From an uncultured virus (IMG/VR IMGVR_UViG_3300025759_000075) (Duplodnaviria > Heunggongvirae > Uroviricota > Caudoviricetes): 64,000 nt of DNA. How positions within the stretch are numbered: position 1 is the first letter of the stretch; every line of letters begins with the position of its first letter. Below, piece by piece: positions 42,277 to 52,400 of this stretch. The position numbers and the translations under genes are program-made. The stretch is from positions 1-64,000 of the IMG/VR virus record IMGVR_UViG_3300025759_000075. One strand, 5' to 3'. Under the pieces are notes generated by a model that made no database searches, was not told the DNA's origin, and worked only from the letters and a program-made list of their open reading frames with translations.

Positions 42277-42876
42277 ATGGAAGCTGTAACGATAGGGCGG
42301 GCCACGCTGTATTGTGGGGACTGCCTCGACATTATCCCGGCGCTTGGAAAGGTGGACGCGGTGGTGACCGATCCGCCGTATCCAAACAACGCTGGCCATT
42401 TTGTCGAGGACATTCCCGCAGCCGTTCAAATGATGGCACAGGTTGAAGCGCCCCATTGGCTGGTCTTCTGGACGGAAATGGAGTTCCCGCCAGTTGTTCA
42501 GCCGATGGTTGCCGCTCACATTTGGCACCGGACCAACACGAACCGGCCCGACAATTACGAACCTATTTTTGAGTTCCACGAAGACGGCAAGAAACGCGCA
42601 AGCCGCGTCTTTCCTTATTGCGTCATCTTCCCCGGCCTGACCGGAATAGAGGCTACCGGGCACCCGACCGAAAAGAACGTTGATCTGATGGCCGCGCTAA
42701 TCAAGCGCACCACGGGCACCATTCTTGATCCGTTCCTTGGCAGTGGTGCGACGGGCGTGGCCGCAATGAAGCAGGGCCGCGACTTCATCGGGATTGAAAG
42801 GGAAGAGCGTTACTTCGACATCGCCTGCAAGCGTATTGAAGACGCCCAGAGGCAAGGAGATATGTTCATTGCCTAA
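42277..42876 (+). CDS. DNA amino-methyltransferase (N6-A/N4-C, beta-type order)
   Basis: GDC, TDPPY, HPTEK, LDPFLGSG.TG motifs. Confidence 0.9.
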   Translation: MEAVTIGRATLYCGDCLDIIPALGKVDAVVTDPPYPNNAGHFVEDIPAAVQMMAQVEAPHWLVFWTEMEFPPVVQPMVAAHIWHRTNTNRPDNYEPIFEFHEDGKKRASRVFPYCVIFPGLTGIEATGHPTEKNVDLMAALIKRTTGTILDPFLGSGATGVAAMKQGRDFIGIEREERYFDIACKRIEDAQRQGDMFIA

Positions 42877-43135
42877 AGCCCAAATCCCCGCGCCTGGATT
42901 TACAGAATGTCATGGCAGACGGCCACCCGGCTGGGCATCACTTCCGCAATCGACAAAGTTCTACGCACAGATACGCGGGGGAAGCCCTGAGACTGCGGGA
43001 TTCGTCGATTCGGTTCCGTGGGTTTTGGAAAGAGCGAATTTCCGCCACGGCGACCACGCAGGCGACATTGTGGCTGCTAGATTGGTTGAGCAGATAAAAA
43101 CTGAAGGCAGACAGGATAACGGGAGTTACGAATGA
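42869..43135 (+). CDS. Hypothetical protein (homolog of 2623-2844; TTG start)
   Basis: AAGGAG SD; shared motifs. Confidence 0.65.
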   Translation: MPKAQIPAPGFTECHGRRPPGWASLPQSTKFYAQIRGGSPETAGFVDSVPWVLERANFRHGDHAGDIVAARLVEQIKTEGRQDNGSYE

Positions 43136-43902
43136 GAGTTGAGCGAATAGGATTGGCCACGATGTATCTCGGAGACTGCCGGGAAGTGGTTAGCGTTCTT
43201 TCGGGTGTGTCATGTGTGGTTACTAGTCCGCCATATAATCAGATGGAGGGAATCAAAGATCGTAAGCCTAGCGGGATTTGGGCGCAAAAAGGTGGTGGTG
43301 CTGGGTTTGTAGATGCATGGAAAACGAGCGGTTATTCCGATGACACCCCAGAATCAGAGTATCAGACAGAACAATCCGATTTATTCTCAGCAATCGCTAA
43401 CGCGTGCACTGCTGATGCATCGCTTTTCTACAATCACCAGTTGAGATGGCGGGATGGAGAATGTTTACACCCTGTCCAATGGTTCACGCCGGATGGCTGG
43501 GCGCTACGTTCAGAAATAATCTGGGATCGGGCGGGAGGCATGATGTTTAACGCCCGAATGTTTTGCCGTTTTGATGAGCGAGTGCTTTGGTTTGTGCGTG
43601 GAAAAAAATGGAAGTGGAACCAAGATCAAGTAGGTATGGGGACCGTCTGGCGGATTCCAAGAGCGCAAAACAAAGACCACCCTGTTGCCTACCCCGTTGA
43701 ACTTCCAAAGCGATGCATTCTAGCCACGACCGACCCTGATGATATTGTTTTGGACCCCTATTCAGGTTCAGCTTCGACCGGCGTGGCAGCTGTTCAAAAC
43801 GGGCGGCGCTATATCGGGATAGAGCGCGAAGAAAAGTATTTCGATGCAGCTTGCAAACGCATTGAAGATGCACAGCGACAGGCTGACCTGTTCATTCCAT
43901 GA
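43132..43902 (+). CDS. DNA amino-methyltransferase (SPPY type, likely N4-C)
   Basis: VTSPPYN, HPVAYP.EL, LDPYSGSASTG. Confidence 0.9.
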   Translation: MRVERIGLATMYLGDCREVVSVLSGVSCVVTSPPYNQMEGIKDRKPSGIWAQKGGGAGFVDAWKTSGYSDDTPESEYQTEQSDLFSAIANACTADASLFYNHQLRWRDGECLHPVQWFTPDGWALRSEIIWDRAGGMMFNARMFCRFDERVLWFVRGKKWKWNQDQVGMGTVWRIPRAQNKDHPVAYPVELPKRCILATTDPDDIVLDPYSGSASTGVAAVQNGRRYIGIEREEKYFDAACKRIEDAQRQADLFIP

Positions 43903-43981
43903 CAAGCAACACCGGCCACCCCGGCGACATCGTAGGGGCAAGGTTGGTGGAATAAATGCGACGAGTTGAGTGTGATTGTGG

Positions 43982-44040
43982 TTGACCGATGGTCACAGGC
44001 GGGCTAGAAGGTTTTCATCGAAAGGGGCAATGCTCCACCA
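43982..44040 (+). promoter_or_regulatory. Promoter, palindromic operator and leader hairpin
   Basis: TTGACC-17-TAGAAG; TGACC-GAT-GGTCA at 43983-43995; GGGGCAATGCTCC hairpin. Confidence 0.65.
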
Positions 44041-44057
44041 ACGAAAGGGAAAATGAA

Positions 44058-44261
44058 ATGGCTACTTTTCAGAAAAACGGTCGGACCTACACCATTACCG
44101 GAACGCAGGATAATTCGGCAACTGCCGCACACCTGCGCGGGCGCGGATTTGATGGGGTGGTTTATTTTGCTGAATCGCAGCCGGTAGGTCGCCAGCGTAA
44201 ACCTTTCGTTGGTATGTTTTACCGCTCGGTTAAGACCGGCCAGTTCCACAGCGCAATCTAA
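44058..44261 (+). CDS. Small hypothetical protein (candidate anti-defence)
   Basis: AAGGG SD; first gene after promoter. Confidence 0.65.
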   Translation: MATFQKNGRTYTITGTQDNSATAAHLRGRGFDGVVYFAESQPVGRQRKPFVGMFYRSVKTGQFHSAI

Positions 44262-44271
44262 GGATCAGGCA

Positions 44272-44445
44272 ATGAATAAACTCGACTTTCTTACATCCCT
44301 CCGCGGCAAAGCCCTCAGCGAGGGAAATGCTGACGCATGGCGCGATTACGACATGCAAATCCGCGCCGAACTGGCTTATCTTCGTGCAGAGGTTAAGCTT
44401 GGCCGTCGCGATGCAGAAACATTCCGAATGGTCGCTCGCGCATGA
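44272..44445 (+). CDS. Small hypothetical protein (candidate anti-defence)
   Basis: AAGGA SD; coupled to HTH gene. Confidence 0.65.
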   Translation: MNKLDFLTSLRGKALSEGNADAWRDYDMQIRAELAYLRAEVKLGRRDAETFRMVARA

Positions 44446-44642
44446 CCCCCAAACAATTCCGTAAAATCCGCGAGCGGGCTGGTTATAGTGTTGACCAGCT
44501 TGCCGCAGTTCTCCGCATTAGCGACGGTCGATCCGTAAGGCGTTGGGAAGATGGAAGCCGCAAGGTATCCGGCCCCGTGTCTCTGATAATGTCGGCTTTG
44601 GAGCAGGGCTTACTTACTGGCGAAGATCTTCTAAATCTTTAA
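44442..44642 (+). CDS. XRE/Cro-family HTH regulator (homolog of 4324-4539)
   Basis: LRISDGR.VRRWEDGSR.V.GP shared. Confidence 0.85.
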   Translation: MTPKQFRKIRERAGYSVDQLAAVLRISDGRSVRRWEDGSRKVSGPVSLIMSALEQGLLTGEDLLNL

Positions 44643-44696
44643 TGGGCCTGTCGCTATTTTATAGACATTCTTTTGAGTTTGGTTTAGGTGTTTCCA

Positions 44697-45434
44697 ATGG
44701 AAAAATTCAAAACCATTCCAATAGCGGAACTTAAAAAGTCTTTGGATTATAATCCTGAAACGGGAATATTCCTAAGAAAGATTGACCCGTCCGTTAGGGG
44801 GTCGCTTAGGGCAAGGTGGGGCAATAAGCCGACATCACCAAACCCAAACAAGCACGGGTATCTTCTGGTTAGTGTAGGTGCGGTGCAGTTTCTCGCCCAT
44901 CGCGTGGCGTGGGCAATCCATTACGGAGAATGGCCCCAAGGGCAGATAGATCACATAAATCACTGCCGAAGCGATAACAGGATTTCCAATCTTAGGGTTG
45001 TGAATGACGCGGGAAACAAGAAGAACATGTCACTCAGGACCGATAACAAAAGTGGATGTGCTGGCGTTTCATGGCGTGAAAATAGGCAGAAGTGGCGCGC
45101 CAGAATTCATGTTGATGGCAAGGAAGTCTGCTTAGGTCATTTCGAAAATAAGGAATCCGCAATCGCAGTCAGAGCGAAGGCGTTAAAGGAATATCAATTT
45201 CACAAAAACCACGGAAACCCAAGCCATGATAACCCGCGTAACAACCGAGAACGGCCAGGATCTAGGCGAGTGGGAAACGCAGCACCCTATCCGCGCTGGC
45301 GAGGTAATCACCGATGGCGGGCAGGAATACGAAGCCATGTTCTATCAGGGCGGTGGCTTGATTGTGAGGGAAGTATGAGCAAAGGTCTCGTGGTTTTAGC
45401 GATGCTCGCATTCCGCAAGGAACAGCAACCATGA
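44697..45434 (+). CDS. HNH homing endonuclease with AP2-like domain
   Basis: Y.PETG.F, AHRVAW..HYG.WP...IDHIN..R.DNR..NLR, N.SG..GVSW.....KW.A.I...G....LG.F. Confidence 0.9.
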   Translation: MEKFKTIPIAELKKSLDYNPETGIFLRKIDPSVRGSLRARWGNKPTSPNPNKHGYLLVSVGAVQFLAHRVAWAIHYGEWPQGQIDHINHCRSDNRISNLRVVNDAGNKKNMSLRTDNKSGCAGVSWRENRQKWRARIHVDGKEVCLGHFENKESAIAVRAKALKEYQFHKNHGNPSHDNPRNNRERPGSRRVGNAAPYPRWRGNHRWRAGIRSHVLSGRWLDCEGSMSKGLVVLAMLAFRKEQQP

Positions 45435-45592
45435 GCCTCTACAGCGAACTTTCGTGGGCCGGCCCTAACTTCTACGGCCAGACATTCACCGCCCACCACT
45501 TCCACCACTGCGCAGCCCGTGACGAGCATATGCGCCTAGAACGCGCCCGAAGGATGGCGAGAGCAGCAGTCAGGAGTGTTAGGCATGGGTGA
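45431..45592 (+). CDS. Small hypothetical protein (homolog of 3636-3797)
   Basis: Near-identical sequence. Confidence 0.65.
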   Translation: MSLYSELSWAGPNFYGQTFTAHHFHHCAARDEHMRLERARRMARAAVRSVRHG

Positions 45593-45797
45593 TAGAGTAG
45601 AACGAAAGCTAACCCTTTATCGCGATGATAGCACCGCGCAGGTTGTCTACGATCGCGTGAAGACATGGTTCTGGACGGCAGGGAATACCGTGCTGGTCGT
45701 GAGTCGTTATGACACCGATACGGGAGGCGAGCATCATTACATTCATTGGCCACGCGAACGTTTCTGCTGGTTTAAGGACGAACCCCGCCATGACTAA
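45585..45797 (+). CDS. Hypothetical protein
   Basis: AGGAG SD; overlaps flanking genes. Confidence 0.6.
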   Translation: MGDRVERKLTLYRDDSTAQVVYDRVKTWFWTAGNTVLVVSRYDTDTGGEHHYIHWPRERFCWFKDEPRHD

Positions 45798-46125
45798 AAC
45801 AAGCGACCAAGAGGTGATCCAGGCGGATCGTGAGGTAGTGGATCGCATCATGTGCGATGACCCCGACGCGCCCGACTTCGACTACGCATATCGCGAGGTT
45901 GCAGCCCACCGCATGACAGAGCGCGCGGCAATTGTGGCGTGGTTGAGGGCGGAGGCTCGTTCGAACTACAACACCGCATTTGAGTGCTGGAAGGAATCGC
46001 GACAGACCGGGGACGCCGGCACTGGTTCAATCGGTGATAGCGCTTTCCACGAATATCAGATCAAGGATCGCATCATAGACGCCATCGAACGCGGTGACCA
46101 CACGGAGACAAGCCATGAGCAATGA
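45790..46125 (+). CDS. Hypothetical protein (mosaic homolog of 4721-5014)
   Basis: Shared N-terminal half. Confidence 0.65.
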   Translation: MTKTSDQEVIQADREVVDRIMCDDPDAPDFDYAYREVAAHRMTERAAIVAWLRAEARSNYNTAFECWKESRQTGDAGTGSIGDSAFHEYQIKDRIIDAIERGDHTETSHEQ

Positions 46126-46391
46126 GATCGACTGGACTAAGCCGCGAACGCATAGCCTCTAACGGTGTAGCATCCATAACCGATGTCAGGGAGTGTGAGG
46201 CAATCGTGGCAGAGCGGAGGCAGGACCCGTTGGTGGAAGCTATAGCGGAACTGGTTCACGATGCCATGATGTGGGCCGTTGGCTGTGGTGGCGAGCCTAG
46301 AAATTGGGCGGGTGGCAAAAGCTTGGGTGAGGAAATGGCGCGGGAATACGCCATGGAGATCATCAAGAAACCGAAGATCGTAGAGGCATAA
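46122..46391 (+). CDS. Hypothetical protein (homolog of the C-terminus of 4938-5381)
   Basis: Sequence similarity. Confidence 0.55.
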   Translation: MRSTGLSRERIASNGVASITDVRECEAIVAERRQDPLVEAIAELVHDAMMWAVGCGGEPRNWAGGKSLGEEMAREYAMEIIKKPKIVEA

Positions 46392-46393
46392 CA

Positions 46394-46888
46394 ATGACCG
46401 AGATAGAGTGGAGCGCACCGCTTGATTTGAGTGAATTGCGAGAAATACTTAATGACTTTTTCCCTAACGATTTGCGCGTTTACGATTCTTGCCGAGGTCG
46501 CGGCGAGAGAGTGTTCGCGGATAGTATGCGGTATAGAGGTTATGAAATCCGCAACCGCACCACAAAGCCCGCCAATGCGCCTTCGCCGGAGTTGGTGGAG
46601 AGCCTTAAATCCATGCGCGATCATTTAGATTTAGCGCGCAACAGGATTAGGGCCACCGCAATCAATTTCTCAGGCCTTGATGAACCGCGCTCCTATGAAG
46701 CATCGTATTGGGCGAATGAGGCAGACGAGCATGTGAAACAGTTTGACGCCATCCTCGCAGAACTAGAGCCGGTCGATCCTGACGAAGCATTGATTGACCA
46801 AGTTCTAGGCGACCACGGCGGATTCGATGCTCGCACGGAAGCCATGCTTCGAGACGCAATCAAGCGCGTTAGAGCGGAGAAGGGGTGA
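46394..46888 (+). CDS. Segmentally mosaic hypothetical protein (homolog of 5384-5878)
   Basis: Shared islands IRNRTTKPANAPSPE, AILAELEP, AIKRVRAEKG. Confidence 0.7.
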   Translation: MTEIEWSAPLDLSELREILNDFFPNDLRVYDSCRGRGERVFADSMRYRGYEIRNRTTKPANAPSPELVESLKSMRDHLDLARNRIRATAINFSGLDEPRSYEASYWANEADEHVKQFDAILAELEPVDPDEALIDQVLGDHGGFDARTEAMLRDAIKRVRAEKG

Positions 46889-47073
46889 TGGAGACTTATT
46901 CAAACCAAGGTCCGCAGTGCCCTTATTGCGATAGGCAATATACGGCAGATGATTCGTTCTATTACGATGAAAGCGGATATACCGAAGAAACGTGCGACGA
47001 ATGCGGCAAGACATTTGACGTAGAGGTTTGCCATACTGTTGCATGGTCATGTGTGCAGCGTGATGAGGAATAA
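46885..47073 (+). CDS. Small zinc-ribbon protein
   Basis: CPYC...CDECGK.F. Confidence 0.7.
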   Translation: MMETYSNQGPQCPYCDRQYTADDSFYYDESGYTEETCDECGKTFDVEVCHTVAWSCVQRDEE

Positions 47074-47239
47074 CCGCCGCACTACCCCTAACCACTCCCC
47101 ACTTGCCCAGACAGACAATAAAGGCTAGATAGAAACCATGAACATCGAACGCGCAATCGGTCTGGTGATACTTGTCCTGCTGGTGATCTTCCTGGCGCGG
47201 CTGGTTGTATGACTTTGAATTTTTTCAATGGAAATCAAG

Positions 47240-47545
47240 ATGGCGCACGGGGGTAAGCGGCCCGGTGCCGGTAGGCCTAAAGGGGCTAAGGACAAGCTGA
47301 CACGCGAAGCGGGTGCCAGTCTTGCTGAGATAGCACGCGAGCACACTGAGTCTGCCATTGAGACACTTGTGCAGATTGCGGTATCTGGAGAGAGTGAAGC
47401 AGCTAGAGTAAGTGCGGCCAACGCGCTGCTTGATCGTGGCTATGGCAGGGCTCCGCAGTCAATCGAACACACAGGCGAGGTCACATTCAGCAAAGCCACT
47501 GAACTGTCAGACGACGATCTAGCCAAGCTGGCAACAGGTCAGTGA
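47240..47545 (+). CDS. terS: Terminase small subunit (phage B)
   Basis: Near-identical to 6144-6449. Confidence 0.85.
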   Translation: MAHGGKRPGAGRPKGAKDKLTREAGASLAEIAREHTESAIETLVQIAVSGESEAARVSAANALLDRGYGRAPQSIEHTGEVTFSKATELSDDDLAKLATGQ

Positions 47546-49095
47546 CCACGATCACGCCGCAGGAGGCCGCAACAGAACTCCTGCGCAGACGACGCGCCAG
47601 AACCAACCTTGTCGATTACGCCCGCTACATCGACGTTCCCGGCGCGCCAGTTACAGAAGACGATCCCGACTGCGAGACGTTCAAGCCCGTCGAGACTGTT
47701 CTAGCCGAGCATCACGAAATTATCCTCAACGCCACGCAGCGCTGCATAGAGCGTCATCGCGGGCGCACGATGCTGTTCCTGCCCCCTGGTAGCGCCAAGT
47801 CGACGTATGCCACTGTTGTGTCGTCCACATGGGCTTTAGGTAGGCAGCCCGGGTACAAGGTTATCAATGTCAGTTATGCCAGCGATATAGCAAAGAAGTT
47901 TGGCCGCCGAATGAGGGCGATAACCAAGCAGAAGAAGTTCGAGAACCTTTTTGCCACTAGCCTTTCAAAAGAAAGTAGCGCTGCTGACGAATGGGCCTTG
48001 TTGAATGAATCTGAATTCATGGCTGGCGGTATTCTGTCTGGCATAACCGGGAACCGTGCAGATTTCGTATGTATTGACGACCCCATTCGCGGGCGACGTG
48101 ACGCGGATTCGGAAACAATTCGGAAGAACACCCGAGATGCATACGATGAGGATGTTCTAACCCGCTTGAAGCCTGGGGGTAGCGTAATGATAACGCAAAC
48201 CAGATGGCACATGGATGACCTTGCTGGTTCAATATTACCTGATGATTGGAAGGGTGAAAGCGGCATGATTGAATGCCGTGATGGCGAGACGTGGGAAGTT
48301 ATCTGCATTCCTGCCAAGGCTGAGCGGCACGATGACATGCTTGGCCGATTGCCCGGGGAATACATCTGGCCAGAATGGTTCGGCCCTGAGCATTGGGCAC
48401 CTTTCGAGCGCATGCCAAGGACGTGGAATGCCCTCTACCAGCAACGCCCTGCCCCAGACACAGGCGATTACTTCAAGCGTGAATGGATCATCGAGACGGA
48501 CAACGCGCCTCCGCGCGAAACCATGCAGATATTCGGCGCGTCCGATTATGCCGTGACCGCTGACGGCGGCGACTACACCGTTCATGTCGTGATGGGCATC
48601 GATCACACTGGCCGCTTGTGGCTGCTGGACCTATGGCGGCAACAGGCATCGTCCGATGTATGGGTGGATAGCCTGTGTTCGCTGGTAAAGCAATGGCGAC
48701 CGATAGGCTGGGCTGAGGAAACGGGTCAGATCAAGTCCGGCGTCGGCCCGTTCCTGGTCAAGCGCATGCTTGAAACGGAAGCTTACGTGGCGCGCGAGCA
48801 ATTCCCGACGCGAGGGGATAAGGCGGTGCGCGCACAGTCTATCCGTGGCCGCATGGCAATGCAGGGGCTGCATGTGCCAAGAGGTGCGCCATGGCTACCT
48901 GCGCTGATCAGTGAAATGATGTCTTTCCCGGTCGGTTCGCATGACGATCAGGTCGATGCGCTTGGATTGGCGGGCCAGCTCATTGCAAAAATGGATTTTG
49001 GTGCTACACCTGAAGACGCTAAACCGAAACCGGGAGCGCCGCCGCGTGTTGTTGCGGATGGTGTCATTGCTCCACCACTTAGGGCGCGTAGATGA
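47542..49095 (+). CDS. terL: Terminase large subunit (phage B)
   Basis: Same motifs as 6446-7996. Confidence 0.95.
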   Translation: MTTITPQEAATELLRRRRARTNLVDYARYIDVPGAPVTEDDPDCETFKPVETVLAEHHEIILNATQRCIERHRGRTMLFLPPGSAKSTYATVVSSTWALGRQPGYKVINVSYASDIAKKFGRRMRAITKQKKFENLFATSLSKESSAADEWALLNESEFMAGGILSGITGNRADFVCIDDPIRGRRDADSETIRKNTRDAYDEDVLTRLKPGGSVMITQTRWHMDDLAGSILPDDWKGESGMIECRDGETWEVICIPAKAERHDDMLGRLPGEYIWPEWFGPEHWAPFERMPRTWNALYQQRPAPDTGDYFKREWIIETDNAPPRETMQIFGASDYAVTADGGDYTVHVVMGIDHTGRLWLLDLWRQQASSDVWVDSLCSLVKQWRPIGWAEETGQIKSGVGPFLVKRMLETEAYVAREQFPTRGDKAVRAQSIRGRMAMQGLHVPRGAPWLPALISEMMSFPVGSHDDQVDALGLAGQLIAKMDFGATPEDAKPKPGAPPRVVADGVIAPPLRARR

Positions 49096-51392
49096 ACGAA
49101 TCCCGCAACTTTACCGGAACGACCGAAGAAGCGCGCGAGAAAGCATCTGCGCCAATCCTTCAGGCGCTCAAGCGTTCACAGGATGCGTTTCGGGAGTGGG
49201 ACGCCACCTGCCACGGTATCGATGACCTCTATTCGCGCCACGGCTCAAGCTACGAGCGCCTGCTTGATATGGCCGCTTATGGCGACGGCGAGATGGATCT
49301 GTTCTGGTCCTCGTCCGAAGTTCTCAAGCCTGCTGTTTATGCCCGCCCGCCTGTCCCGGCCATTGCGCCGATCTTCAAGGATGGTGGCCCGGTAAAGTCC
49401 ACTACTGCCGAATTGCTGGAGCGTGCGGCTGTATCGACGTTCAAGCAGACCGGCATCGATGATGTCATGCAGTCGGTGCGTGATGATCTGTTGTTCTCTG
49501 GGCGCGGCGTCATGTGGCTGCGTTACGAAAGCGAAGGCGGCAAGAAGGTCTGTGTCGAACACCTGGACCGTGATGACTTCCTGCATGATGTGGCACGCAA
49601 GTGGTCTGGTGTTGGCTGGGCTGCTGGCGGCTTCTGGATGTCCGAAGACGAGATCAAGGAGCGGTTCAAAGGCATTACGCAGGAGCAGATCGATCAGATC
49701 GAGTTCATGGAATGCCGCGACGAAGCGAACCGGCAAGAAAAGGGTATGTCCCCCAAGGCGCGCGTGTGGGAAGTCTGGCACCGCGCGAACAACCGCGTCT
49801 ATTGGGTAACGGAAGGGCTGGACGTTTATCTTGACGACAGCGAACCGCACCTGAAGCTTGAGGGCTTCTTTCCTTGCCCGCGTCCGGCTTATGGCACCTT
49901 GCAGCGTCGTTCGCTTATTCCTGTGCCTGACTTCGAACGCTACGGCGGCATGTTCGCCAAGATCAACACGCTGACGGCCCGCATTTACCTGTTGCTCGAT
50001 CAGGTGAAGATGAAGGGTATTATCCCTGGCGGTGGGGATATAGCATCGGCCATTGAATCGCTGATGAAGTCCGAGGACGACAGCATCCTCATTGCGGTTC
50101 CCGGCGCTGCACTGATGGAAGGCGCGGCTGCGGTTGTGTGGATGCCATTGCAGGAACTTGCAGCGGCTATCACCGCGCTGATCGATGCTCGCCGTCAGCT
50201 TATCGAAGACTTCTATCAGCTTTCCGGCATATCCGACATCATGCGCGGTGCTACCGAGGCAGAGGAAACCCTTGGCGCGCAGCAGTTGAAGGCGCAGTTC
50301 GGTTCGGTGCGTGTTCGCCAGAAGATCGACGAGATGCAGCGGATCGCGGCAGAGGCGGTTAAGATTGCCTCCGAGATACTGGCTGAGAAATTCGACGGCA
50401 AGACGTTGCTGGAGATGTCGCAGATGGATTTGCCGACGCGGGCTGACATCAAGAAGCGCATCAAGGAAATCGAAGACGCGGCTGAGAAAGAACTCAAGGC
50501 GCTTGAAAAGAACGTCATGCAGGCCGGGGGCAATATGGACCCTGAACAAGCGCAGCAGATGTTCCAGCAACAACAGCAGGCCATAGTCGGCAAATATGGT
50601 CCGATGCTGGAGGAAGCTGAAAACCTCGTTCCGATCGACGACGTGGTTGACCTGTTGCGGGATGATCGTGCGCGTTCGTTTGCTTTCGAGATTGAAACCG
50701 ACAGCACAATCATGGTCGACGAGATTGCGGAAAAGAGCGCCCGCAATGAGTTCATGGGTGTATTCAACAACGCCACGCAGGGCCTTATGGGTCTGGCCGG
50801 TATGGGTGAACCGGGGGCAAAGCTTGCCGGTGAACTGATGAAGTTCGTTCTGGCTCCCTATCGTGTCGGCAGACAGCTTGACGGGGCGATTGATGACTTT
50901 GTGAAGCAGGCCCCTGCTATGCTGGCCTCTCAGCAAGGTGAGGGTGACGAGCAAGGTGTTGCGGCACTGGCTGAGGCTGAGATGGAAAAGGCCAAGGCCC
51001 AGATGGCCAAGGTCGAAGCCGATAGCGCGCTCAAACAGGCTGAAAACCAGCGCAAGTTTGCCGAATTGCAGGTTAAGGCGCAGAAGGATCAATCCGACGC
51101 ACAAGCAAAGATGGCCAAGCTGGAGCAGGATGCCAACGCCAACGCAATCAAGGCGCAGGAAGCTTTGGCCAAGGTGGATCTACTGCGCGCCCAGACCATG
51201 AAGGCGATGGCCGAAGCAGGTATAGCCATAGACACGGCGCAATTGGACGAGTTCAAGTCCCTTGCAGACATCGACATCAAGCAAAGCCAGGAGCAGCGCG
51301 CTATCGTGAACGATCAGCGCCAAGCAGAGCGTGCCGACCGGCAGGAAGCGCGCGAAGTGATGCAGCCTGCCGAACGGGAGTTCCCGCAATGA
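49092..51392 (+). CDS. Portal protein (phage B)
   Basis: Homolog of 8003-10318. Confidence 0.8.
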   Translation: MNESRNFTGTTEEAREKASAPILQALKRSQDAFREWDATCHGIDDLYSRHGSSYERLLDMAAYGDGEMDLFWSSSEVLKPAVYARPPVPAIAPIFKDGGPVKSTTAELLERAAVSTFKQTGIDDVMQSVRDDLLFSGRGVMWLRYESEGGKKVCVEHLDRDDFLHDVARKWSGVGWAAGGFWMSEDEIKERFKGITQEQIDQIEFMECRDEANRQEKGMSPKARVWEVWHRANNRVYWVTEGLDVYLDDSEPHLKLEGFFPCPRPAYGTLQRRSLIPVPDFERYGGMFAKINTLTARIYLLLDQVKMKGIIPGGGDIASAIESLMKSEDDSILIAVPGAALMEGAAAVVWMPLQELAAAITALIDARRQLIEDFYQLSGISDIMRGATEAEETLGAQQLKAQFGSVRVRQKIDEMQRIAAEAVKIASEILAEKFDGKTLLEMSQMDLPTRADIKKRIKEIEDAAEKELKALEKNVMQAGGNMDPEQAQQMFQQQQQAIVGKYGPMLEEAENLVPIDDVVDLLRDDRARSFAFEIETDSTIMVDEIAEKSARNEFMGVFNNATQGLMGLAGMGEPGAKLAGELMKFVLAPYRVGRQLDGAIDDFVKQAPAMLASQQGEGDEQGVAALAEAEMEKAKAQMAKVEADSALKQAENQRKFAELQVKAQKDQSDAQAKMAKLEQDANANAIKAQEALAKVDLLRAQTMKAMAEAGIAIDTAQLDEFKSLADIDIKQSQEQRAIVNDQRQAERADRQEAREVMQPAEREFPQ

Positions 51393-51568
51393 GCGGCTTC
51401 CCTGTAACCATAGTCGACAGCGGTGGTTATCCAGTCACCCATGTTCCTGCTGACACAACGCCTGTCGCGGCTGCGCCCGCTAACGTGGTTGATGAAGGCG
51501 GCTATCCGATCACGATTGTTGAAAGCGGCGGCCTACCGCTGACCCTTATTGGCTACACACCGGAGTAA
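51389..51568 (+). CDS. Small GGYP-repeat protein (phage B)
   Basis: Homolog of 10318-10473. Confidence 0.7.
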   Translation: MSGFPVTIVDSGGYPVTHVPADTTPVAAAPANVVDEGGYPITIVESGGLPLTLIGYTPE

Positions 51569-51573
51569 ATGAA

Positions 51574-51828
51574 ATGGCAGATGCAAACAGATTGATTGGC
51601 TTGGGCGTCCCCGAACCAACCGCCGTGGAAATGGCCGCGCAGATCGAAGCGCAGGAAGGCAATGCCGACCGTTTGAAGGAATTGGGCGTTGTGCCTGAAC
51701 TGGCAACAGAACTGGCCGGTCAGATTGACGCTGAGGGCACTACCAACGCGCCGAAGCTGGTCGACTACAGCATGATACCCGACATTGCGGTGGAGGTCGT
51801 GGCGCAGATCGAGGCGGATAGGGCTTAG
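51574..51828 (+). CDS. Small three-repeat protein (phage B)
   Basis: Homolog of 10486-10743. Confidence 0.75.
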   Translation: MADANRLIGLGVPEPTAVEMAAQIEAQEGNADRLKELGVVPELATELAGQIDAEGTTNAPKLVDYSMIPDIAVEVVAQIEADRA

Positions 51829-51861
51829 CAAGCTTGTGACGGGGAAACGAAAGGAACTGAC

Positions 51862-52017
51862 ATGACTACGAAGAAAGAGCAGGAAAAGATCGACAAGGAC
51901 GACAACGGCCTGTCGGATCGTCTGAAGACCATGGACCCGCGCTTCGATGAGAAGGGCAAGGATGTCGAAACCGAGAAGAAAGAGGGCCAGACCTCGACTG
52001 CGAGCAAGTCGAAGTAA
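51862..52017 (+). CDS. Small charged protein (phage B)
   Basis: Homolog of 10876-11025. Confidence 0.7.
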   Translation: MTTKKEQEKIDKDDNGLSDRLKTMDPRFDEKGKDVETEKKEGQTSTASKSK

Positions 52018-52400
52018 TGCCTCTTTACGATTTCCGATGCGAGAATGAACACCGCTTTGAGCGGTTCGTCTCGCTTGCGTCCTTCGGGGATCGTCAGACA
52101 TGCGAGTGCGGGGCTGGCGCCAAACGACTTATCAGCGCGCCTAGAGTGATTTCGGACAGCATGGAGCCGACACTTGGGCCTGATGGGAAGATGCATACCA
52201 GTCTCGCCTCGTATCGTCATTCCTGCACTGCCGAGGGCAACCCGCAGGGCGAAACATATCTAGAGCTTGGGCGGGAAGAATTGCCTGAGTTCAAAGCGCC
52301 GGAGTTCGACCGACGCAAGAGGCGTGAGGACATCCGCGCCGGGATCCAGGATGTCAAAGAGGGCCGCGTTCCGCCCGTTGTTGTAGGGGATCTACCATGA
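52017..52400 (+). CDS. FmdB-like zinc-ribbon protein (phage B)
   Basis: MPLYDFRC...CECG. Confidence 0.75.
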   Translation: MPLYDFRCENEHRFERFVSLASFGDRQTCECGAGAKRLISAPRVISDSMEPTLGPDGKMHTSLASYRHSCTAEGNPQGETYLELGREELPEFKAPEFDRRKRREDIRAGIQDVKEGRVPPVVVGDLP

